The notes under the pieces are model-generated. The model was given only the letters and a program-made list of their open reading frames with translations. It made no database searches and was not told the DNA's origin. A stretch of 64,000 nucleotides of DNA from an uncultured Chlamydiales bacterium (lineage in GTDB: Bacteria; Chlamydiota; Chlamydiia; Chlamydiales; Rhabdochlamydiaceae), in contig OY969554.1 of NCBI GenBank assembly GCA_963700985.1, forward strand, positions 1,344,001-1,408,000. Reading direction: 5' to 3'. Shown piece by piece: positions 56,394 through 64,000 of this stretch (positions within the stretch are counted from its first letter, which is position 1; each line of letters opens with the position of its first letter). Both the position numbers and the translations under genes were made by a program.

Positions 56394-57341
56394 ATGTTTG
56401 TAAACTTAAAAAAAAGCAAATTTCTTCTAATTTTGACAACCTTTCTTATCTCTATGGATTTATTTTCAGGGATAGAAATGCAAGAGTCGCCTCAAAATCA
56501 TTCCACTAAAAAACACCAATTGTCTATCTGTGCAATTTTTAAAAACGAAGCTAAATTCTTGAAAGAATGGATTGAATATCATCGATTAGTGGGAGTGGAC
56601 CATTTTTACCTTTATGACAACGGGAGCACAGATCGTTTCAAAGAAGTGCTCAGCCCCTATATTAAAGACAAAACCGTAACGTTAATCTACTGGCCGGAAC
56701 GTGCTGACGAAGCAGATGAAGAAGAGGCCTACAAGTGGGTGCTAAGCACACAAATTCCCGCATACGAAAATGCTGTGAGCTTTCGCGCATTGAATGAAAC
56801 AGAGTGGCTGGTGTGCCTTGCCGTCCACGAATTTCTGGTGCCACCAAATGCAAATAATCTCTTAGAGGTCTTAGAACAATATAAGGATTATCCAGGTATC
56901 AATCTTGTGAGTGATTTTTTCGATGCATCACAAAGCAACATTCTACCTAGAAGAAAATTGCTTGTGCAAACAGTTGAACTCACAAAAACCCCTTGGCAAA
57001 ATCCTCAAAAAAGAGTCTCTAAGACGATCTTCAAACCTCATCAATGTAAAGGCTTTCTCTGGCCTCCATATCAGTGCCTTTTTAAAGATAATCAAATTGC
57101 AGCAACTGTGCGCAAAGATGAGATCCGCATCAATTATTATGCAAATCGAGATAAGAGCTATCTCTATTTTGATTCACCTAAAAGCATGTTGCATGTCGAT
57201 AATCGACTTTTAGCCGAAAGCGCAACTCGCGAACTATTGAGCATGGATTATGCCATCGAAGACCAAGAGCACGCGATCGACCATTTTGTACCCGCTCTCC
57301 TTAACAAAATGGGCTTCGACTCTTTAGACTGGGGCTGGTAA
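56394..57341 (+). CDS. GT92/GT2-like protein, close paralogue of 47164..48099, degenerate DxD
   Basis: LSICAIFKNEAKFLKEWIEYH, YDNGSTD, WLVCLAVHEF, and the same DWGW C-terminus. Confidence 0.85.
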   Translation: MFVNLKKSKFLLILTTFLISMDLFSGIEMQESPQNHSTKKHQLSICAIFKNEAKFLKEWIEYHRLVGVDHFYLYDNGSTDRFKEVLSPYIKDKTVTLIYWPERADEADEEEAYKWVLSTQIPAYENAVSFRALNETEWLVCLAVHEFLVPPNANNLLEVLEQYKDYPGINLVSDFFDASQSNILPRRKLLVQTVELTKTPWQNPQKRVSKTIFKPHQCKGFLWPPYQCLFKDNQIAATVRKDEIRINYYANRDKSYLYFDSPKSMLHVDNRLLAESATRELLSMDYAIEDQEHAIDHFVPALLNKMGFDSLDWGW

Positions 57342-57536
57342 TAAACTGGCGTGAACGAATAGCAAGTGTTCTATGCCTGATACAAATTCCAACAAAGTCA
57401 CTGAAGAGGATAGATGCGCAAGATATGAAAGACCATTCTCAATTTAGATAGGCAAATCTGCAAAATTTTTTGTTTTCTTAATTTTTTCTTTAACGTAGCA
57501 TCGGCTAATTCTTTAGTCTTTTGATGTAGGATTGTC

Positions 57537-58739
57537 ATGTTACGATTTCTTTTTTCTCTGCTTCTTCTATTCCTCCCTGTTGTCTCTCACTCCAAAGAAA
57601 AACCCTTCGAAGAGAAAATTTGCCTAAACATGATTGTCAAAAATGAGAGCAAAGTGATCCAACGCTGTTTGGACTCCGTGAAACCTTTCATTGATTATTG
57701 GGTGATTGTCGATACAGGCTCAACCGATGGAACTCAAGAGATCATCAAAAAACATCTGAAAGGCATTCCAGGAAAGCTGCATGAGCGTCCCTGGAAAAAT
57801 TTCGGTGAGAACCGAAGTGAAGCATTCGAGCTTGCGAAGGGAAAAGGCGATTACATTCTATTTATGGACGCCGACGACCTAATAGAATTCGAGCCAGGTT
57901 TTATATCCGAGCCTCTCACAAAAGACCTATATAACATGTGGCGCGGCGTAAAAGGTTTCACCTACTTAAAGCCTCAATTAGTTAAAGGGAATCTTCCTTG
58001 GAAATGGGTCGGTGTAACACATGAGTATCTGGATTGTTCTAAGCCCTACTCTTCCGATATTATTAAAGGCGTTCATTATAAAGATGGCGATGGCGGCGCG
58101 CGCTCCACTGGCATTCAAAAATTCCTCAGAAACATCGAGCTGCTTACCGAGGGTCTCAAAAAAGAGCCAGACAATTCTCGTTATGCTTTTTATTTGGCAG
58201 AAAGTTACCGCGATGCGGGCCAGAAAGCCAAAGCTCTTGAATGGTTTCAAAAGCGGGTCAAAATGGGTGGCTGGGATGAGGAGACCTTCTGGTCTTTGCT
58301 GCAGATCGGCCACATGCTGCGCGATCTCGGCCTTTCGCCTAGTGTGGTGATCGAAAGCTACAAACTTGCACGCAATTTTCGCCCACATCGAGCTGAACCG
58401 ATCTATTACCTTGCTGAAATGTTCAATCAGCAAGAGGAATACAGTAATGCATACGCAACCTTGAGGGCTTGGGAATTCGTTGCCAAACCGAAAGAAAAAG
58501 ACACCTTATTTAATATGGACTGGATCGAAGAATATGGTCTTCTGTTCCAACTCTCGATCTGTTCTTATTATGTGGGCAACTATCAAGAATCACTAGATAC
58601 GTGCGATAAATTGCTCGCCTACGAAGATCTGCCTGAAGATTGGCGTAAACGAGCGGAGGCCAACCGCATTTTTCCTTTCTCTAAACTTCAAACACAAAAA
58701 GAACTTGCAAGCCGAGAAAACCTAAACATTTTTGAATAA
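57537..58739 (+). CDS. GT2 glycosyltransferase with C-terminal TPR repeats and N-terminal signal peptide
   Basis: ICLNMIVKNE, VIVDTGSTDGT, intact MDADD, GVTHE, TPR-like FYLAESYRDAG and RPHRAEPIYYLA. Confidence 0.9.
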   Translation: MLRFLFSLLLLFLPVVSHSKEKPFEEKICLNMIVKNESKVIQRCLDSVKPFIDYWVIVDTGSTDGTQEIIKKHLKGIPGKLHERPWKNFGENRSEAFELAKGKGDYILFMDADDLIEFEPGFISEPLTKDLYNMWRGVKGFTYLKPQLVKGNLPWKWVGVTHEYLDCSKPYSSDIIKGVHYKDGDGGARSTGIQKFLRNIELLTEGLKKEPDNSRYAFYLAESYRDAGQKAKALEWFQKRVKMGGWDEETFWSLLQIGHMLRDLGLSPSVVIESYKLARNFRPHRAEPIYYLAEMFNQQEEYSNAYATLRAWEFVAKPKEKDTLFNMDWIEEYGLLFQLSICSYYVGNYQESLDTCDKLLAYEDLPEDWRKRAEANRIFPFSKLQTQKELASRENLNIFE

Positions 58740-58753
58740 TTTCTAGAGGCCTT

Positions 58754-59773
58754 ATGTCTGTTAGTTTGTTAACTCGATCTTTCTTACTTTTGATCTGCAG
58801 TTGTAGTATTCTGAATGCTGCTCATGTTCCAAATAGTTGCATCGCGAAAGTTCAGCCTGAAGCAAACCATGTTATTCGCTTTTGCACGACTCGCAGTTTA
58901 ACAGATGGCGCCCTAAAAAACTCATTGCTGCTGCAACTCAAACATGCTTTCAAAATCAAAGTGTTTGTGGAGACTGGTACCTACCTCGGACAGACTACGC
59001 TTGAAGCCGCTAAACTCTTTAAGCAAGTTCATACTATTGAGCTATCGGAAGAACTGTGTAACAAGGCCAAAAATCGCTTAAAAGAATGGGGAAACACCTC
59101 TGTTCATCAAGGCAGCTCCGATGAGCTGCTTAAGCAGCTATTGCCTTCTATTTCTCAGCGCATACTTTTCTATCTAGATGGACATTACAGCGGTGGAATT
59201 ACTGCAAAAGGCGTCCAGAATACGCCTGTTTTGGAAGAGTTAGTAGCGATTAAAAATGCGGGAAAATCTGACAGCGTTATTCTTATTGATGACATCCGCT
59301 TATTTCAAGATTCGCTTTACCCAGAAAAAATTAAAAAATTTCACGTTCAAGATTATCCCGACATAAGTCAAATTATCACCGCCCTCTTGCAGATTAATCC
59401 TCGCTATCAGATCTGCTTTTTAAGCGATGCTCTGCTGGCTTTTCCGGAAGATGCCTCTGTGAGCGTTTCACCAGTTGTTAGTGCTTGCACCATGCATCGG
59501 CTCTCTTATATTTGCCCAGAGCTTTCTGAAGAAACTTTAAACAGCGCAGACCTCATCATCGGAAGGGCAGAAGAAGATGAACAAGACGAAATCGCTACCT
59601 ATTACCTAACCTATGCACCTTTTGAATTAGAGCATGGATACCGTTGTTATGGAGCCCTTTGGTTTGGACTTGTGCTTAAAGAACAGGGAAAAAATCAACA
59701 AGCTATAACCCTTCTTCAACACGCTATGCAAAATAGCATGCCAAATTGGAGAGTTGAAAAGGTATTATACTAG
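58754..59773 (+). CDS. Class I SAM-dependent methyltransferase-like protein with signal peptide
   Basis: FVETGTYLGQT, TIELS, FYLDGHYSGG, ILIDDIR. Confidence 0.7.
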   Translation: MSVSLLTRSFLLLICSCSILNAAHVPNSCIAKVQPEANHVIRFCTTRSLTDGALKNSLLLQLKHAFKIKVFVETGTYLGQTTLEAAKLFKQVHTIELSEELCNKAKNRLKEWGNTSVHQGSSDELLKQLLPSISQRILFYLDGHYSGGITAKGVQNTPVLEELVAIKNAGKSDSVILIDDIRLFQDSLYPEKIKKFHVQDYPDISQIITALLQINPRYQICFLSDALLAFPEDASVSVSPVVSACTMHRLSYICPELSEETLNSADLIIGRAEEDEQDEIATYYLTYAPFELEHGYRCYGALWFGLVLKEQGKNQQAITLLQHAMQNSMPNWRVEKVLY

Positions 59774-59774
59774 T

Positions 59775-61196
59775 ATGCGCACACTCTTATTTCTGATTTT
59801 TACGCTCTTCAGTTTAAAATTATGTAGCCAAGAGGGCAGCTATAAATTCGAAGGCCACTTCAGAGAGCCTGATGGTGAAAAGCGGCTCTTTCTAACTACG
59901 TTTTTTCTGCCTTACAATCCCACGATTATCACCTTCAGTAGTGATCCGGCGATTACAACCAAATGTGCCTATTGGTGGCCTAAAGGGAAACTTTCAGATG
60001 CACAAGATATTGATTCAGAATGCGATTTTTTGTGGATTGATAGTGACGGTCATGAACTTGCGATTCTTCAAAATAGAGAGGATCTTGTACAGAAGGCCAA
60101 AGTTATCTATACAACCACGCACTTCTTCAAGCAAGGAACCTACTACCAAAAATTAAAATTTCTTTTAGAGCTTAACGGTTTTACGCTTCTTTCTCATTGG
60201 TACTGGGAAGGTCAGCAAGGCAATGCTATTTTTGTTAAAAAAAACAGGTTTGAAGCTGCCATGCGAAGCTTAAATTACGTACCTCATGGCGTTGCGGCTC
60301 CTTCCAACCCTTCTTTAGCTTGGAATATGCAGCGCTTTTTTCAGCCCGCAACAGGAAAATCTAGTCATCACAACTTTGATCAGATCGACTTCATTTACAT
60401 GATCAACCTAGATGAAAGACCTGAGAAATTTGCTTTAGCGGCAGGAGGGCTGGCGCCTTTTGGGATTTACCCTTATCGTTTTTCCGCCGTGAATGGATGG
60501 AAATTATCTCCCACGACTCTCAATCAAGTTGGGGTGCAATTCCATTCTGAAACTCCCAGAGAAAATTTTCTGGCCACTGTTTACAGAGAAATCGATGGTC
60601 GTGATTATGTTAGTAACGAGCTCATCCAAGAAAATAACACAAACTATTTCTCCTTGGGCATGTCTCGTGGTGCAATTGGAATTGTCTTAAGTCACTTATC
60701 GGTTTTACAAGACGCCTATGATTCGGGTTACAACACCATTTGGGTGATGGAAGATGATGTCGAAGCCGTTGCGGATCCAAGACAAATACCAGAGTTAATT
60801 CGAAAATTGGATCGGTTAGAAGAATGGGATATCTTATTTACAGACACCGATACAAAAGATAGGAACGGTCACCACGTGCCTTGCCGAGCGCTTGCCGCTC
60901 GTCCTAATATTAACATAGGGCCGCTTTCATCTTTCTTCCAACGCTTCCATTCTGTTAGTAGTGACTTTAATAGAATCGGCATGCGTTATGGGGCATACTC
61001 CATGATCATTCGTCGCTCTGGGATAGAAAAAATCTTAAGGCATTTTAAAACTCATCGCATTTACCTACCTTATGACATGGATTTTTGGCTAGAGCCAGAG
61101 CTTAAAATGTTCTGCGTCAAAAGAGACATCGTTTCACACAGAGCAGGTGCATTGTCTGACAATAATGCTCCGAGCTACATAAAGAAAATGGAGTAA
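59775..61196 (+). CDS. GT25-like glycosyltransferase with an N-terminal FkbM-like fragment and signal peptide
   Basis: IYMINLDERPE, RFSAVNG, GAIGIVLSHL, VMEDD, GAYSMII; N-terminal DFLWIDSDGHEL. ATG at 59775 (ORF track 59754). Confidence 0.8.
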   Translation: MRTLLFLIFTLFSLKLCSQEGSYKFEGHFREPDGEKRLFLTTFFLPYNPTIITFSSDPAITTKCAYWWPKGKLSDAQDIDSECDFLWIDSDGHELAILQNREDLVQKAKVIYTTTHFFKQGTYYQKLKFLLELNGFTLLSHWYWEGQQGNAIFVKKNRFEAAMRSLNYVPHGVAAPSNPSLAWNMQRFFQPATGKSSHHNFDQIDFIYMINLDERPEKFALAAGGLAPFGIYPYRFSAVNGWKLSPTTLNQVGVQFHSETPRENFLATVYREIDGRDYVSNELIQENNTNYFSLGMSRGAIGIVLSHLSVLQDAYDSGYNTIWVMEDDVEAVADPRQIPELIRKLDRLEEWDILFTDTDTKDRNGHHVPCRALAARPNINIGPLSSFFQRFHSVSSDFNRIGMRYGAYSMIIRRSGIEKILRHFKTHRIYLPYDMDFWLEPELKMFCVKRDIVSHRAGALSDNNAPSYIKKME

Positions 61197-61202
61197 TCTT
61201 GA

Positions 61203-62204
61203 TTGTCTTTGATAGGAAACTCTCTTAAAAAAACCGTTTTTTCTCTCTTAACCCTCTTGTTTAACTTTGCATATGGATTTCATGATGCTGAGCTTTATAA
61301 AGTCTGGGCTTCGATAGTAGATATCAATAATCCCACCCTTGAAGAGTATAAATTAATCGAAAGCTACTTAAATTGCGGCAAAAGACCTTACCTAGATGAT
61401 TTGCGAAAATCCGCTTTAATGATGGACGATTTAAAGATGGGTTGCTTTGCAAGACTGAATCTTATGCTCAACTTCAAACTCGTTGGCTACAACGATGAAA
61501 TGCCGCTTTTCGAAAAATTCAGTTTCAATATCAATGAAAATTCAAAAAACCGATGCATCGTTCTATTCTGTTCATATAACGGAATTTATCCAAATAAAGC
61601 ACGGAAAGTCCTCTCTGAGTTAAAACAAAGAGGCTATAGCGGCCATGTTCTCTTACGCATTGGAGGATTTCCCAATCTCGAGAATGAAGGGATTAAACTC
61701 TGCCACGTACCTTATGCCTTCAAAGTCTCTTTTCTTCGCGAAGCCCAACTACTTGGCTATAAGGAAGTTCTTTGGATAGACTCTGCCCTGCATCCTCTGA
61801 CGAATTTAGAGGAAATTTTCTCTGAAATCAAAGAGCGTGGATATTTTTTTACTTCGGTAGGAACTCTCTCTGCTAATCATCGATATCACCTTCCGAATGC
61901 AGCGACATCGCTGCATATTGATGCGACATTATACGATCAAATTTCCCATATATCTTCTAGTATCATCGGGTTAAATTTAGAAAATCAACGAGTAGCGCAG
62001 CTCTTAAAAAACTGGCATCGAGAAACTGAAAGTATCTATCCAAATATCACCTGGTTCCCTGAAGAATTAAGCCTATCTGTGGTTGCTTGGCAGCTGCAAT
62101 GCAGGCCTTCTAATACATTTGGAAATATCGTCTGCGCTGAGCATGAATTGTCTCACATTCAGCATCGACCTAAGCTGCAATTTTTTTTAGATGCACTTAG
62201 GTAA
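61203..62204 (+). CDS. Hypothetical GT-A-fold glycosyltransferase-like protein with signal-like N-terminus
   Basis: PYAFK....EA...Y..VLWIDS motif; located in a glycosylation gene cluster. Confidence 0.55.
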   Translation: MSLIGNSLKKTVFSLLTLLFNFAYGFHDAELYKVWASIVDINNPTLEEYKLIESYLNCGKRPYLDDLRKSALMMDDLKMGCFARLNLMLNFKLVGYNDEMPLFEKFSFNINENSKNRCIVLFCSYNGIYPNKARKVLSELKQRGYSGHVLLRIGGFPNLENEGIKLCHVPYAFKVSFLREAQLLGYKEVLWIDSALHPLTNLEEIFSEIKERGYFFTSVGTLSANHRYHLPNAATSLHIDATLYDQISHISSSIIGLNLENQRVAQLLKNWHRETESIYPNITWFPEELSLSVVAWQLQCRPSNTFGNIVCAEHELSHIQHRPKLQFFLDALR

Positions 62205-62228
62205 AATTTATCACTGAGGAAATCCTAA

Positions 62229-62978
62229 ATGCTTTTTCTAATTTTCGTTTTTTCTACGCTATTGAATATCGCTTATTGCGACATGGAAAATCATGGCGGA
62301 GACATAGATATTCGCGAATTAAATGGAGAAGCTCTTTTTGTGAGCCTAGGTTCTTATTGTGCTCCAGCCAGCCTCGTCAGATCTTGTGGTTACAGAAAAG
62401 CGGCATTTCCTTTTGATTGGAATATCACAATGGACGGAGAAAAATTAATCGAAATGTTAGAAAATGATTTTGCGTATTTTTTCGATGATGAATATTTGAT
62501 GCCCTTTGCTAGAGGAAGTGCTCTTTTACATACATATTATCATATCGAATTTGTACATGAAGGAGTTTGGGATGTAGACCAGTATGCTCCAAATATGGAA
62601 ATTTTAAGATCAAAATATCTAAGAAGGATTGAGCGGTTTCGCCAATTAAAAAACTACCCTGGAAAGGTATTTTTCTTGAGATCTGCGTATATTTATTCCG
62701 TAGAAGATAGTCATCGTGCGTACAAATTTAAGGAAAACATTGAAATCTCCGATAAGCAATCCCTAAAACTTTATGACTCTCTCAAAAGGTTCTTTCCAAA
62801 TTTGGACTTTAGCTTACTAGTTATAAACAATCACGAACTAGATAGTGTAGTAGAGGAGAAAAGATTGTCTGACAACTTAATTAAATTTAGAGCTCCCGCT
62901 TTAAACGAATCTCTCATGATCACATCTTACAAGGAATTCTTTCCAAAATTATTGAATCTATCCGCACCTAAAGAGTAA
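62229..62978 (+). CDS. DUF1796-like putative papain-type protein with signal peptide
   Basis: FVSLGSYC...AFPFDW...FVHE...KYLRRIERF. Confidence 0.65.
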   Translation: MLFLIFVFSTLLNIAYCDMENHGGDIDIRELNGEALFVSLGSYCAPASLVRSCGYRKAAFPFDWNITMDGEKLIEMLENDFAYFFDDEYLMPFARGSALLHTYYHIEFVHEGVWDVDQYAPNMEILRSKYLRRIERFRQLKNYPGKVFFLRSAYIYSVEDSHRAYKFKENIEISDKQSLKLYDSLKRFFPNLDFSLLVINNHELDSVVEEKRLSDNLIKFRAPALNESLMITSYKEFFPKLLNLSAPKE

Positions 62979-62983
62979 TTTTT

Positions 62984-64000
62984 TTAGTTTTTTACTGCTT
63001 TTAGCGAGCGCATAAGCGCATCTTTATCAATGGTGGCGATCCATACCTCAGAGTCATCCTTTCCATAAGCTACATATATGTGGGAACCAGAAATAGCAAA
63101 ACCACCTGGAAAGACCACTCTTTTTTCATTTGAAGACTCCGTATAAAAGCCATCTGCTGCAATTGGTTGCTGGGACATTTTTGTGATCTGAAAAGGTGGC
63201 TGGGCCGCAAAAGTATAGGCTCCCATGAAATAGTGCCATAACTCCCATCCCATGGTGACTGATGAATTGGCTTTGACTCCCGAATGAAAAAAAGCTAGGT
63301 ATTCGCCATCAACAAGAAGGGGTGGTGTCGACCCTCTCAGTTTTCCCCATTTCCACTTGATATCCATCCAGGTTTCATAGCAATGATAGCAGGACCCACT
63401 CATCAGGTTTGGATAGATAATTTCATGTGGGTTGATCGAATAAATCAGAAGAAGAGTGTTATTCCATTCGAAAGGAACCCAATTTTTTTGCCACATCTGC
63501 GTGTGGTATTTTTCGTTGTAGACTAACTTGAGCGGTGAAGAGAGCTTGAAATCATTATCTCCAAAAGAGAGCTCGGCTATGAAAATATCGCGTCTTTCCC
63601 AAGTTTGTGGATTTGTGATTTCAACATTATCATTGTAGATAAGAAAAAGCCGCCCCTTATAAGAAAAGACCCGCGCATCTTCTGCCTGCGAGGGGGTCCT
63701 GCTTTGTTTCGAGCGAGCACTCAATAATTTAGGTTCCGAAACCTGTTCGAGCATCTCGTTTAAGAGAACCACTCCAATATAAGAAAGGCCTGAGTTATAT
63801 ACGTCAGGGCAATATCTAAAGGTGAGCAGAAAGCCTTCGGGAATTTTGATAATAGATGGATTAAAGGCACCTGGAAATTTATCCAATTTAATCTCAGTTG
63901 TAGCAATGACAATTTCTTGAGCTGTCAGCAAATCCTCTATAATATCTCCTGCGAATAGGCGCTGTGAAACAATACAGCTTAGCGGAAATGTGAAAACCAA
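62984..64000 (-). CDS. GH130-like beta-propeller glycosidase/mannosyltransferase-type protein (true start may lie beyond the window end)
   Basis: AFNPSII, AEDARVF, WQKNWVPF, LRGSTP, VVFPGG, VAYGKDD. Confidence 0.7.
   Translation of the reverse strand: MVFTFPLSCIVSQRLFAGDIIEDLLTAQEIVIATTEIKLDKFPGAFNPSIIKIPEGFLLTFRYCPDVYNSGLSYIGVVLLNEMLEQVSEPKLLSARSKQSRTPSQAEDARVFSYKGRLFLIYNDNVEITNPQTWERRDIFIAELSFGDNDFKLSSPLKLVYNEKYHTQMWQKNWVPFEWNNTLLLIYSINPHEIIYPNLMSGSCYHCYETWMDIKWKWGKLRGSTPPLLVDGEYLAFFHSGVKANSSVTMGWELWHYFMGAYTFAAQPPFQITKMSQQPIAADGFYTESSNEKRVVFPGGFAISGSHIYVAYGKDDSEVWIATIDKDALMRSLKAVKN

Overview
64 kb of a Chlamydiae (environmental chlamydia-like) chromosome. The assignment rests on euo, a UhpC-type hexose-phosphate transporter, rsbW, Mip, a long fused SecDF and gene order matching two Chlamydia trachomatis blocks: rsbW-lptE-bamD-dnaE-uhpC-hisS-aspS-mip-trmL-trxA, and plsC-cmk-cdsA-uppS-secDF-recJ-euo-tsp-gltX-cysJ-ispF. 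Two accessory regions stand out. (1) At 19.2-23.5 kb, four tandem paralogous leucine-rich-repeat genes, three ending in eukaryotic CaaX prenylation motifs (CIIM, CVIM, CIVM), are candidate host-farnesylated effectors. (2) At 42.8-64 kb is a putative surface-fibre/glycosylation island: two exported BclA-like Gly-X-Thr collagens, each followed by a GT92-like protein with a degenerate DxD motif; three exported beta-propeller/Fn3-like paralogues; and a run of glycosyl-/methyltransferase-like genes nearly all starting with a signal-like hydrophobic segment. There is also tRNA-Leu(CAG), three distinct 160-180 bp palindromic elements (one covering the likely hisS ribosome-binding site) and several intrinsic terminators. 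No CRISPR, rRNA, transposase or integrase is seen. All assignments come from reading motifs by eye; no database search was run.
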